A program made the translations under genes and the position numbers. A model generated the notes under the pieces. That model saw only the letters and a list, made by a program, of their open reading frames with translations, searched no databases and was not told where the DNA came from. This document shows positions 30,861-41,283 of a stretch of DNA of 64,000 nt, piece by piece (position 1 is the stretch's first letter; every line of letters begins with the position of its first letter). The DNA comes from Oscillospiraceae bacterium (GTDB lineage Bacteria; Bacillota; Clostridia; Oscillospirales; WRJC01): contig WRHM01000006.1 of NCBI GenBank assembly GCA_009783265.1, positions 61,232-125,231 of the forward strand, in the 5' to 3' direction.

Positions 30861-33338
30861 ATGAGCGATATAAATATAAATAATAAGAAAAAAATATATA
30901 TGATTGGCAATGCGCATCTTGATCCTGTTTGGCTCTGGAGATACATGGAAGGGTTCGCGGAAATCAAGGCGACTTTCAGGAGCGCGCTGGATAGGATAAA
31001 TCAATTTGATGATTTTATTTTCACAAGCGCGTGCGCCGCTTATTACGAATGGGTTGAAGAAAACGAGCCGGAAATGTTTGAGGAAATACAGGAAGCGGTA
31101 AAAAACAACAAATGGAATATTGCGGGCGGAATGTGGATTCAGCCGGACTGTAATATCCCGAACGGCGAAAGTTTCGCCCGGCATTTACTCATAAGCCAGC
31201 GTTATTTTAAAGAAAAGTTCGGCAAAATCGCAAAAACCGGATATAACGTGGATTCTTTCGGGCATAATGCCTCTCTGCCGCAGATATTAAATAAAAGCGG
31301 CATAGATTCTTATGTTTACATGAGGCCCGACGATTCTGAAAAGAAATATCGGGGCTATGCGAATTTATTCAGGTGGCAGTCGCCTGACGGGAGCGAAGTT
31401 TTGACTTACAGGATACTCGGCGCGTATTGCATGGGGCTGGGCGGCGGCGATTTTGAATTATATGAAAATAAAGCGAAAAACGACAACGAAGACAAAATGT
31501 TATTTTACGGCGTGGGGAATCACGGCGGCGGGCCGACTGTCAGAATGATTGAAGAAATTGAGAAACGCAAAAAAGAAAATAAAGATTTTGAATATATTTA
31601 CGCGGGCCCGGAAGAATATTTTGAAAATATCAAAAAACAAAATTATAATATACCCGTTCTCAAAGGCGATTTGCAGCATCACGCAAGCGGCTGTTACAGC
31701 GCGAACTCTATGATTAAAGCGTTGAACAGAGAAGCTGAAAACAGGCTTTTGACCGCTGAAAAATATAATATTCTCGCAAAAGAATTGTTAGGGTATAAAT
31801 ACGATAACAATAAATTAAATTACGCGTGGAAAAATATTTTATTTAATCAGTTTCATGATATAATGGGCGGCTGTTCGATTAAAGAAGCGTATGACGACGC
31901 AAGGGAAACGTTCGGCGAGTCTCTCGCAATCGGCTCAAAAACAATAAACGCCGCGATTCAAAAAATTTCTTGGAACATAGACACGGCTAAAACAGTAAAA
32001 TATTTATCCAAAGATATGGACTGGGGATTATGGGAACAGGCTAATCTCGGTACGCCGATTGTTATTTTTAATCCGTTGTCATGGAATATAAAAGTCCCCG
32101 TGACTATAAATAACAACAGAATATCAAGAGTAGAAGGCGCAGACGGTAATCCGACGCCGGTTCAGGTCGTCAGGGCTTCGCAGACAAACGGTTGGGACGG
32201 TTCGTTTAATTCGCTGTTCTGCGCCGAAGTTCCGGCTATGGGTTACGCTGTTTATTGGGCGTATTTCAACGGGGAAAAAATACAAAAAGATAATAATATG
32301 TCTATCGGATATTATCATCTGGCAAATAATTATGTCGATGTATGGTTTGATGAAAATACAGGGAATATAAAAAGCTTTTTCGGCGTGCATGAAGACGATA
32401 TTGATATTATAAAAGATTACGCGGCTAAAACTGTCGTTGTAAACGACGAAAAACAGGACACATGGAGCCACGGCGTTTTTACGTTCGATAAAGAAGTCGG
32501 CGAGTTCGGCAGCCCGACGTTTGAAATAATAGAACGTGGTGACGTTAAAATCACCCTGAGAGTTACGCAAAAATATAATACGAGCGAAATCCGGCAGGAT
32601 TACACTCTTTATTCGCATTCTAAAAATCTTGAAGTAGACGTCAGGGTTATAAACAACGAGAAATTGAAAATATTTAAGTTATGCTTTAAATTAAACACAG
32701 ATAAAAAGACAAAAGCAATTTATGAAATCCCGTATGGATATATTGAAAAAGAATCAAACGGAGAAGAAGAACCGGCCCAGAATTTCGCATGCGTCGAGGA
32801 CGGCGATATAGGGCTTGCTGTCATAAATAAAGGCAAATACTCTTATTCTGTCAAGGATAACGAGATAAGATTTATCGCGGCGCGTTCGTGCGTTTACGCA
32901 GATCATTACGGAGTTCACAGCGGAATGCGGGACGGACGATACGAATATCAGGATCAGGGAGTTATGTATTTTAAATACGTTTTAAAAGGCTATTCCGGAA
33001 GTTTCAAAGAAAACGCGGCTGATATAGTCAAAGCCGGATTAGAGTTAAACACGCCGTCTTATTCTATCGCCGAGACTTATCATCAGGGCAATCTGCCGCA
33101 GAAATTTACAGGGGTTGAAATTAAAAATGAAAATATAATTTTAACAGCCGCGAAAAACGCGGAGGATAACGACGGAGTTGTTTTGAGATTTTTAGAAACA
33201 TCTGGAAAAGACACGCAGTCTGAAATAGACGTGAAATTTTTGAATATAAATATAAAACTTGATTTTAAAGCGTTTGAAATAAAAACCGTAAAAATAAAAG
33301 ATGGGATTTGTAAAGAAGTCGATTTGTTGGAATTATAA
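30861..33338 (+). CDS. Alpha-mannosidase, GH38
   Basis: GNAHLDPVW, VDSFGH, YGVGNHGGGPT, NQFHDI. Confidence 0.92.
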   Translation: MSDININNKKKIYMIGNAHLDPVWLWRYMEGFAEIKATFRSALDRINQFDDFIFTSACAAYYEWVEENEPEMFEEIQEAVKNNKWNIAGGMWIQPDCNIPNGESFARHLLISQRYFKEKFGKIAKTGYNVDSFGHNASLPQILNKSGIDSYVYMRPDDSEKKYRGYANLFRWQSPDGSEVLTYRILGAYCMGLGGGDFELYENKAKNDNEDKMLFYGVGNHGGGPTVRMIEEIEKRKKENKDFEYIYAGPEEYFENIKKQNYNIPVLKGDLQHHASGCYSANSMIKALNREAENRLLTAEKYNILAKELLGYKYDNNKLNYAWKNILFNQFHDIMGGCSIKEAYDDARETFGESLAIGSKTINAAIQKISWNIDTAKTVKYLSKDMDWGLWEQANLGTPIVIFNPLSWNIKVPVTINNNRISRVEGADGNPTPVQVVRASQTNGWDGSFNSLFCAEVPAMGYAVYWAYFNGEKIQKDNNMSIGYYHLANNYVDVWFDENTGNIKSFFGVHEDDIDIIKDYAAKTVVVNDEKQDTWSHGVFTFDKEVGEFGSPTFEIIERGDVKITLRVTQKYNTSEIRQDYTLYSHSKNLEVDVRVINNEKLKIFKLCFKLNTDKKTKAIYEIPYGYIEKESNGEEEPAQNFACVEDGDIGLAVINKGKYSYSVKDNEIRFIAARSCVYADHYGVHSGMRDGRYEYQDQGVMYFKYVLKGYSGSFKENAADIVKAGLELNTPSYSIAETYHQGNLPQKFTGVEIKNENIILTAAKNAEDNDGVVLRFLETSGKDTQSEIDVKFLNINIKLDFKAFEIKTVKIKDGICKEVDLLEL

Positions 33339-33342
33339 AATC

Positions 33343-33367
33343 GCAGGGGCGACCCTTGCGGTCACTT
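33343..33367 (+). repeat. Degenerate REP-like hairpin
   Basis: GCAGGGGCGACCCTTGCGGTCAC, similar to the 14398 copy. Confidence 0.55.
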
Positions 33368-33399
33368 TGATTAATTTATAAAAGGAGATAAATTTTAAA

Positions 33400-34782
33400 A
33401 TGAAACGTCCGAATATTATATTTTATTTTTCAGACCAGCAACGGCATGACACAATCGGAGCATATAATAAATACGCTAAAGAATTTAATATAACCCCAAA
33501 TCTTGATAAAATGGCTGAAACAGGCGTGAAATTCGAATATGCTTTTACTCCCCAGCCTGTGTGCGGCCCTGCGAGGGCGTGTATTCAAACGGGAAGATTC
33601 GCCACTCAAAACGGCTGTTTCACGAATGGCAGAGCGTTAAGAGAAAACGATATGACAATCGCGAAATATCTTAATAATTCAGGATATGACACGGCTTATG
33701 CAGGCAAATGGCATTTAGCTTCGAATAACGCGCTAAAAAAAGACGACGAAAATTATTTTGATTACGGCACTGTAGCCATACCGGAAAATCTTCGCGGCGG
33801 ATATAAATACTGGCGTACGGCAGACGTTTTAGAGTTTACTTCTCACGGATACGGCGGTTATATTTACGACGAAAACATGAATAAAATCGAATTTAAAGAT
33901 TACAGGTGCGACTGTATCACAGATTTTGCGCTGGAATATATAGCAAATAAAAATAATAATACCCGTGATGAAAATAAGCCGTTTTTTATGTTTGTATCGC
34001 ATATAGAACCACATCAGCAAAACGACAGGGATAAATTCGAGGGGCCAAACGGCTCAGTCGAAAAGTTTAAAAATTTTAATATCCCTGAAGATTTAAAAGA
34101 AGCTAAAAATACAGAGCCGGATTTCAACGAACATTTTGCGAATTATCTCGGCTGCTGCAACAGCCTTGATTATAATCTCGGCAGGATTATCGCAGAACTT
34201 AAAAAACATAATATTTTTGAAAATACTGTTATAATATATACAAGCGATCACTCATGCCATTTCAGAACGAGAAATTCAGAATATAAACGCTCATGTCACG
34301 AAAACAGCATAAGAATACCGATGATAATATCCGGCGGGGAGTTTAACGGCGGCGTTGAAATTCAAAATCTTGTAAGCCTTATGGATTTGCCGTCGACTAT
34401 ATTGGATATTGCGGGAATTGCTGTTCCTGATGATTTTATGGGAAAATCGCTTGTCAGTTTATTAAACCAAAACCAAGATTGCGAATGGGAAGAAGAAATA
34501 TTCACGCAGATAAGCGAGGATAAACTTGCGCGCTGCATAAGAACGCAAAACTGGAAATATTCGATTGCGTCAGACGAAAATCCGTGGACAACTGCGGCGG
34601 CTGATAAATATTACGAAGATTTTTTATATGATTTACAAAACGACCCGTTTGAACAAAATAATTTGATAAATGAAAGTGAATTTAAAGAAAAGAAAAAAGA
34701 AATGTCGCGGATTTTAATCAAGTACATGAACAGGGCAGGGGAGAAAACCCCTGTGATTGTGAGTAAGGATAAAATTATTTAG
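33400..34782 (+). CDS. Cys-type sulfatase
   Basis: PNIIF..DQQR, CGPAR (CxPxR)..TG, GKWHL, SDH, LYDL..DPFE. Confidence 0.92.
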   Translation: MKRPNIIFYFSDQQRHDTIGAYNKYAKEFNITPNLDKMAETGVKFEYAFTPQPVCGPARACIQTGRFATQNGCFTNGRALRENDMTIAKYLNNSGYDTAYAGKWHLASNNALKKDDENYFDYGTVAIPENLRGGYKYWRTADVLEFTSHGYGGYIYDENMNKIEFKDYRCDCITDFALEYIANKNNNTRDENKPFFMFVSHIEPHQQNDRDKFEGPNGSVEKFKNFNIPEDLKEAKNTEPDFNEHFANYLGCCNSLDYNLGRIIAELKKHNIFENTVIIYTSDHSCHFRTRNSEYKRSCHENSIRIPMIISGGEFNGGVEIQNLVSLMDLPSTILDIAGIAVPDDFMGKSLVSLLNQNQDCEWEEEIFTQISEDKLARCIRTQNWKYSIASDENPWTTAAADKYYEDFLYDLQNDPFEQNNLINESEFKEKKKEMSRILIKYMNRAGEKTPVIVSKDKII

Positions 34783-34916
34783 ATTGTAGAAAATTTATAT
34801 TTTTAGGAGGTGAACCCAATGCCAAATACAAAATAACTTATATTGGGTTGGAATAATAAATATCCTTCGCCAATATGTAACGAAAATTATTATATATTAA
34901 TGAAGGAAAATAAATA

Positions 34917-35483
34917 ATGAAACTTGTTATAATTATAGGACCTCCTGCGGTAGGAAAAATGACCGTCGGGCAGAAACTTGCCGAAATCACCGGCTTAAAA
35001 TTGTTTCATAATCACATGACGTTTGAACTTGTCAGCAATTTTTTCAACGTGTTTGAATCGGAAGAGGGAGAAAGGCTTAACCATCTTTTCAGGCAGGAAA
35101 TATTCGAAGCAGTTGCGAAAAGCGATTTGCCGGGATTGATTTTCACTTGCGTGCTTCATTTCGGCGAGGATAATAATTATGATTACGTAACTTCGATCGT
35201 TGAATCATTTGAATCGCATAACGCGAAAACTTGCATTGTTGAGTTATACGCGGATTTTGACGTTCGCATTGAGCGAAACAAAACCGAAAATCGTTTATTA
35301 CACAAACCCTCATGGAGAGATATACAAACATCAGAGGAAATTATACGGCGGCTTGATGCGGAAAATCGTTTCAATTCGATTGCGGACGACATTCTTCCGT
35401 TTAAGAATTATTTGAAAATCGACAATACAAATTTGCAGCCGGAAGATGTGGCTCTCCAAATCAAAGAAGTATTCGCATTATAA
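34917..35483 (+). CDS. P-loop small-molecule kinase (shikimate-kinase-like)
   Basis: GPPAVGKMTVG..LFHNH, RIERN..R..KPS. Confidence 0.8.
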   Translation: MKLVIIIGPPAVGKMTVGQKLAEITGLKLFHNHMTFELVSNFFNVFESEEGERLNHLFRQEIFEAVAKSDLPGLIFTCVLHFGEDNNYDYVTSIVESFESHNAKTCIVELYADFDVRIERNKTENRLLHKPSWRDIQTSEEIIRRLDAENRFNSIADDILPFKNYLKIDNTNLQPEDVALQIKEVFAL

Positions 35484-35544
35484 GCATACTATACGTAATT
35501 TAAGTTTATTTAAAATATTTTAAAAATAATAGGAGCCAAATAAA

Positions 35545-36543
35545 ATGCTGAATATACTTGAAAAATTAACACACATCGTCTCTGTTTCAGGAGACGAAGA
35601 AGAAATATCAAAAGTCATAAGCGAATTAATAAAAGATTACGCCGACGAAATAAAAACCGACGCTCTGGGTAATTTAATTGTTTTAAAAAAGAGCAAAAAA
35701 GATAACGCGAAAAAAGTCATGATTGCCGCGCACATGGATGAGATAGGTTTTATCGTTACGTTTATTGAAGATTCGGGATTTATAAAATTAAGTCCAGTTG
35801 GTGGGATTGATTGGGCGGCGGCAGCTTTCGGCGAGGTTTTATTCAAAAACGGGATAAAAGGCGTTATCGTGCCCGAAGAAAAAATAAAGCCCAATGATTA
35901 TAAAAAAGATAAATTTTATATAGATATAGGCGCAAAAGACAAAACCGACGCCGAAACTAAAATTAAAATCGGCGACACATGCACAGTCGCGCCGAAAATC
36001 GTGAAATTGCTAAATAACAGGATCGCCGCGGCAAAACTCGACAATAAAATAGCGTGTGTTGTTTTAATTCGGGTTATTTATGAATTAAAAGATTATACGC
36101 CGGAAAATGATTTGTATTTTGTGTTTACGGCGCAGGAAGAAGTGGGATTGAGAGGCGCGAAAACTGCGGCGCAGTTTATAATGCCTGATTATTCTGTCGC
36201 CGTTGACGTGACTGATACCGGAGATACTCCGGATTGTACGCCTATGGCTTCTAAACTTGGCGGCGGGGCGGCAATAAAACTTATGGACAGGTCTGTGATA
36301 TGCCATAAAGATATTATAAATTTGCTTATGAAAACAGCGAAAGAAAATAATATAAAATATCAGTCTGAAATTATGGTTATGGGCGGCACTGACACAGCGG
36401 TAATGCAGTCTGCCGGCGCGGGGAGTATAGCCGGTGCAATCTCGATTCCCACGAGATATATTCACACCGGGGTCGAGATGTGCGATATGGGCGATGTGAA
36501 AGATTGCGTTGACTTGCTTGCCGCAGTTTTGAAAAAAATTTAA
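35545..36543 (+). CDS. M42 family aminopeptidase
   Basis: AAHMDEIG, LDNK, QEEVGLRGA, VDVT, GGTD, RYIHT. Confidence 0.92.
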   Translation: MLNILEKLTHIVSVSGDEEEISKVISELIKDYADEIKTDALGNLIVLKKSKKDNAKKVMIAAHMDEIGFIVTFIEDSGFIKLSPVGGIDWAAAAFGEVLFKNGIKGVIVPEEKIKPNDYKKDKFYIDIGAKDKTDAETKIKIGDTCTVAPKIVKLLNNRIAAAKLDNKIACVVLIRVIYELKDYTPENDLYFVFTAQEEVGLRGAKTAAQFIMPDYSVAVDVTDTGDTPDCTPMASKLGGGAAIKLMDRSVICHKDIINLLMKTAKENNIKYQSEIMVMGGTDTAVMQSAGAGSIAGAISIPTRYIHTGVEMCDMGDVKDCVDLLAAVLKKI

Positions 36544-36659
36544 CAGTATATTTAAAATATAAAAAATATTATTAATGAATTATGGTTGATTTTGCAGACA
36601 AAAAAAGATAAAATAGAGTTTATGAAATAAATTTAATTTTCAGGTGTATAAAATATATT

Positions 36660-37436
36660 ATGAAATGGTCAGAAGAATATAGAGTCCACTATTATTACAC
36701 AGATTATAATAATATCTTAAAGCCGGGATATATCGCGAGATATATGCAGGAAACTGCGTGGAACGCGTTGAAAAACTGGGGGCCTGCCCCGGAATATTTT
36801 TATAAAAATAATCTCGCGTTTATACTCTCGAAAATAAGTTTTAAATATTACGAAGAAATTTACGAAGACGATATAATCAAAGTCGAAACATGGCCGCTTA
36901 CGCCTAAAATATTGATATTTCCGAGAAATTACAGGATATATAAAAATAATAAAATAGCGGTTGAAGCTGTTTCGGCTTGGGTTCTGATGGATACAAAAAC
37001 AAAAACCGTACTTCGCCCGGATTCTTTTGTTAATATTTTTACAAATTACGACGACGAAGAATTTAATTTTAATGTTCAGAGACGGTTTAAAATGCCTGAT
37101 GATATGAGCGATTTATCAAGATATAAAGTCGCGTATTCAGATATAGACACAAATTTTCACATGAACAATGCGGTATATATTGATGCGGTATGCAATAATT
37201 TATACGCGGATTCGGATATAATTTCGGCTGAATTTAAATTAAAAAAGAAAATGATTTCACTTGATTTGAATTATAACGGCGAAGCGCGTTTTGCCCAGAT
37301 TATCGAAATAAATAAAGGCATGGTTTTATGCAAAGACGATGAAACCGGTATAAATACGGAAGAATATTATATGCGCGCAAAAATAAAAGAAACAGAACAG
37401 AATTGTTTTGAGGCAAAAGTGGTTTTGGAAAAATAA
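36660..37436 (+). CDS. Acyl-ACP thioesterase
   Basis: YMQE, VETWP, SDIDTNFHMNNAVY. Confidence 0.88.
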   Translation: MKWSEEYRVHYYYTDYNNILKPGYIARYMQETAWNALKNWGPAPEYFYKNNLAFILSKISFKYYEEIYEDDIIKVETWPLTPKILIFPRNYRIYKNNKIAVEAVSAWVLMDTKTKTVLRPDSFVNIFTNYDDEEFNFNVQRRFKMPDDMSDLSRYKVAYSDIDTNFHMNNAVYIDAVCNNLYADSDIISAEFKLKKKMISLDLNYNGEARFAQIIEINKGMVLCKDDETGINTEEYYMRAKIKETEQNCFEAKVVLEK

Positions 37437-37480
37437 GTATAATAAATTATTTATGATTTTAATTTACAGAGGATAATAAA

Positions 37481-38698
37481 ATGTTATCAAGTTTAAGGAA
37501 TTTTTTTATCGCATTGTTTATTTCTTTACTGGGTTTCGGAATAAGCGCGTATTTTCTTACGGGATTTATTGATAATACGATGAATGGATTTTTTAATCCC
37601 ACGCCCACAGCCGATGAAAGAAATAAAGAAGAGGAAGATCCGGAAAATACAAATGAAAACGGCGAAGAGGAAGACGACACTGATGAGGATTTAAGCGAAT
37701 TTACTGTGCTTATTATAGGCATCGACGACGGAAAATCACAGTTTGAGGATAAAGACGAAGATGAAAAAAAAGAAGCCGATACGATTTTTCTTGTGAATAT
37801 AAACGCAAAAGTTAAAACTATTATGATTTCATGGCTGCCGGCTAATATGAAAACTGAAGTAGCGGGATATGCTCTTCGTCTGGGGGCGGTATATACATAC
37901 GGCGAATACAGCGGCCGGGGCGGGCAGGGTATGGAACTGATGAAAAAAGCCGTATGGTCATATACCGGGTTAAAACCCGATTATTGCATAGTCTTGGATT
38001 ATGACAGTTTAGAGGTATTGTTTGATACGCTCGGGGAAGTCGAATATAGCATACCTGAAAATATGTATTATAAACCTACGCCTTATGACATAACAACAAC
38101 TGACCCGCCAACAGAAGAAAATGATGAGGCAGAAAATGCAAATGTTTATATCCCTGAAAATATCGAAGATACGACAAACCGAGATATAATAGATTTAAAA
38201 AAGGGAAAACAAATGATAGACGGGGCGGCGGCGGTTCAGTTATTAAGATATAACAGTTATATATCTAACGAAGATAACATGAACAGAACGTCAATTCAGA
38301 TAGATTTTATAAAAGAAGTTATAAGGCAGCAAATGACTTTTGAAAATTTAGAGAGAGCGGAAGAAATATATACTGAGATAAAAGAGATTTTATTCCCCGC
38401 CGCAGAAGATATTAAAACAGGGGAAGATAAAAAAGATATAAAAACAGATTTTAAAACAGATTTTACAGAAGAAGATTTTAAAAAATACACAAAAACTTTA
38501 TTTTCTTTATCGGAATTTAATATTAAAGAATTAAAATATCCCAGCAATACCGCCGAAAAAACTGAAAACGGAATATTGTTTTTTTACCCGGATATTAAAG
38601 CTGCGGTGAATAGATATAAAGATTACAGAAAAGTCGAAATAACGCAAATAACAGAAACAGATGAGACAGCCGGAATAACAGAAAATACTACGGAATAA
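37481..38698 (+). CDS. LCP-family cell-envelope protein
   Basis: N-terminal TM, VLIIGID..ADTIFL, IDLKKGKQMIDG..AVQLLRY..R...Q. Confidence 0.8.
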   Translation: MLSSLRNFFIALFISLLGFGISAYFLTGFIDNTMNGFFNPTPTADERNKEEEDPENTNENGEEEDDTDEDLSEFTVLIIGIDDGKSQFEDKDEDEKKEADTIFLVNINAKVKTIMISWLPANMKTEVAGYALRLGAVYTYGEYSGRGGQGMELMKKAVWSYTGLKPDYCIVLDYDSLEVLFDTLGEVEYSIPENMYYKPTPYDITTTDPPTEENDEAENANVYIPENIEDTTNRDIIDLKKGKQMIDGAAAVQLLRYNSYISNEDNMNRTSIQIDFIKEVIRQQMTFENLERAEEIYTEIKEILFPAAEDIKTGEDKKDIKTDFKTDFTEEDFKKYTKTLFSLSEFNIKELKYPSNTAEKTENGILFFYPDIKAAVNRYKDYRKVEITQITETDETAGITENTTE

Positions 38699-38747
38699 TA
38701 ATATAAAATAAATAACTGGGAGCGGCAGAATTTGCCGCTCTTGATTA

Positions 38748-38776
38748 TTGACAAAATTATAAAATTATGATAAAAT
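38748..38776 (+). promoter_or_regulatory. sigmaA promoter of tRNA-Leu
   Basis: TTGACA-17-TAAAAT with extended TG. Confidence 0.75.
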
Positions 38777-38784
38777 AAATATAC

Positions 38785-38869
<85 letters not shown>

Positions 38870-38925
38870 TAAATATAATATGGCGAAACAAAAAGCAGAT
38901 AAATCATAACGCGGGGAAACGCATA

Positions 38926-40500
38926 ATGGATGATAATAACGACGGCAAAAACAAAAAAAATAAAGAAGAATGGAATAAAAAATATACTCTGATAGCGATA
39001 TATTCTTTTATTGTTATTCTTGCAAGCTTCGCCGCTATTTTAATTATACTGGGCGTGCGGGATTTTTTTGTCGAGCAGCAATATCTGAAATTTTTTAAGA
39101 TTTTGACGCCGATTATATACGGATTTGTGTTTGCTTATTTACTTAATCCGCTGCTGATGTTTTTTCAGAATAAAGTTTATTATAAGCTAAAGAAAAAAAT
39201 AAAAAACACACTGGCTATTATATCGGCGTATTTTACTATGACGGTAATTATAACATTGATTTTGCTTATGATTATCCCTCAGGTTATTCTGAGCGTACAA
39301 CAGTTGACAGGCAGGGCAACAGACTGGTTAAGCCCGTATGGAAACAGCGAAACCAGTAAAAATGATCAAACTGATGAAAATAATGAAAATGATCAAAATA
39401 TAGAAGAAGCTGATGATTATAATAAAACCGAAATTCCCGAAGCTGATAATCAAACTGACGAAAATGATAGTGAATATGCTGAAACAGATAACGCAAATTC
39501 AAAAATAGCTGTTTATTTAACTGATTTAGGCGCGTCCATTCAGGATTATATAGACGGTATGGGGCTTAAAATAGACGTGGAAGAAACTTTTAACAACATG
39601 ACGGACGATATATTAAATTTATTTTCTTCATATATAATATCCGTTATAAACGGGATATTCTCTGTCCTTTACGGAATATTTTCCGGCGTTTTGAATTTTA
39701 TTCTCGGAATTTTGCTTTCGGTTTATCTTCTTATCGGCAAAGACAAATTTATCGCTCAGGTAAAAAAAATATTTTTTGCGTTCTTGCCTGCGAGATTTTC
39801 ATATAAAGTCGTCGGTGTTATGAGAAAAACGCACGAGATTTTCGGCGGCTTTATAATCGGAAAAATACTGGAATCTGCGATAGTCGGGGTTATATGTTTT
39901 ATAGTCATGGTAATTTTCCGGATAAATTACGCTGTGCTTATTTCAGTTATTGTTGCGGTGACTAACGTGATACCGTTTTTCGGGGCAATCATAGGAGGCG
40001 TGATAGGCGCGATTTTCCTGTCAATAAACGATATAAGGCAGGCTCTTTTATTTGCCGTGATTATATTAATACTGCAGCAAATTGACGCGAATTTTATCGG
40101 GCCGAAAATTTTGGGGTCAAAAGTAGGGCTCCCCGCATTTTGGGTAATTGTTTCGATAATTATAACAGGCGGAATTTTCGGAGTCCCCGGAGTTTTTTTT
40201 GGAGTCCCGATATTTGCCGTAGCGTATGTCTTGATAAAAGAATATATAGAAAATAAACTTGAGCATAAAGGATTTCCGGCAGAAACAGAAAATTATATAA
40301 GAAGCCCGGGAAGCATTTCTATGGAATCAATTAATTATAAAAAAAATAATGCTAAAAAACCGGAAAACGAAGGAAAATCTGATTTTTTCGGCAAAGCGTT
40401 GCATAAAACGGCAAAAAATATAATGGGTATATTTCATTCAAGTAAAAATACGAAAAATCCCGAAAATAAAAAAAACGATAGTGATCCGGAAAATAAATAA
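38926..40500 (+). CDS. AI-2E family transporter
   Basis: AYLLNP, TNVIPFFG, LQQIDANFIGPKILG..GLP; start moved to ATG 38926 because the longer ORF runs through the tRNA. Confidence 0.88.
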   Translation: MDDNNDGKNKKNKEEWNKKYTLIAIYSFIVILASFAAILIILGVRDFFVEQQYLKFFKILTPIIYGFVFAYLLNPLLMFFQNKVYYKLKKKIKNTLAIISAYFTMTVIITLILLMIIPQVILSVQQLTGRATDWLSPYGNSETSKNDQTDENNENDQNIEEADDYNKTEIPEADNQTDENDSEYAETDNANSKIAVYLTDLGASIQDYIDGMGLKIDVEETFNNMTDDILNLFSSYIISVINGIFSVLYGIFSGVLNFILGILLSVYLLIGKDKFIAQVKKIFFAFLPARFSYKVVGVMRKTHEIFGGFIIGKILESAIVGVICFIVMVIFRINYAVLISVIVAVTNVIPFFGAIIGGVIGAIFLSINDIRQALLFAVIILILQQIDANFIGPKILGSKVGLPAFWVIVSIIITGGIFGVPGVFFGVPIFAVAYVLIKEYIENKLEHKGFPAETENYIRSPGSISMESINYKKNNAKKPENEGKSDFFGKALHKTAKNIMGIFHSSKNTKNPENKKNDSDPENK

Positions 40501-40538
40501 AACTATGGGCGAATTATATTATATTCGCCCATAGTTTT
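40499..40538. terminator. Bidirectional terminator
   Basis: AAAACTATGGGCGAAT..ATTCGCCCATAGTTTT between convergent genes. Confidence 0.85.
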
Positions 40539-40553
40539 ATTTGTTTTTATAAT

Positions 40554-41114
40554 CTAATAAAATCTATTCATGCGTGTATTGCTTTTCCCTGAAAAATTTT
40601 TCGAAAAAACACTTGAGAAAAATTCTTTTGCCGCGCAGTATTTATCTACGAGAGTTACGATATAGCCTTCTTTATATTTGGGAGGCCTGATTGTTATAAG
40701 CCACATGTGGCGTTTTATTATATCACGTTCTTTTTCGTTTAAATCGCATATTTCCAGAGCGTTTTTCAGAGCTTCTTTCGGATGCTGGCGGAGCATTTTC
40801 ACGTTTTCTTTAAATCCGCTCGCTTTTTCATAAAAATATAAATCGTGCAAAAGACCGGCTTTTGCGACTGAAATATAATCGAGCCTTAATAATTTCGCGA
40901 TATAAAAACTATAATACGAGACATTTATAGAATGTTGTAATCTCGTGCATTTATAATGCTGTTTGAAATTATCTAAATTTTTTAATTTTTCGTGAGTCAG
41001 AAGCCCCGACATCGTATTTTTATATTCGGTGCGGGATTTTTGATTATATAATTTGATTTTTTTGACTATATTTTTTTTCTGTTTTGATTTTTTTAATTTT
41101 TCGGGTTTATTCAA
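40554..41114 (-). CDS. HD-domain phosphohydrolase
   Basis: QH..TRLQHS, GLLHDLY, HP, DII.RHMW, VDKYCA. Confidence 0.85.
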   Translation of the reverse strand: MNKPEKLKKSKQKKNIVKKIKLYNQKSRTEYKNTMSGLLTHEKLKNLDNFKQHYKCTRLQHSINVSYYSFYIAKLLRLDYISVAKAGLLHDLYFYEKASGFKENVKMLRQHPKEALKNALEICDLNEKERDIIKRHMWLITIRPPKYKEGYIVTLVDKYCAAKEFFSSVFSKNFSGKSNTRMNRFY

Positions 41115-41283
41115 TTTTATAAATGCTCCTTAATTTGCTGAAAATACGCCGCAAAATAATTATATAATAAAAACGTCATGAATATCGCAACAATAAATAA
41201 ATATTTTGTAAAGAATAATTGATTTGTTTAGTAAAATACGGTATAATAAAATATATAAAATTATAGAAAGAGTATAAATCTGA

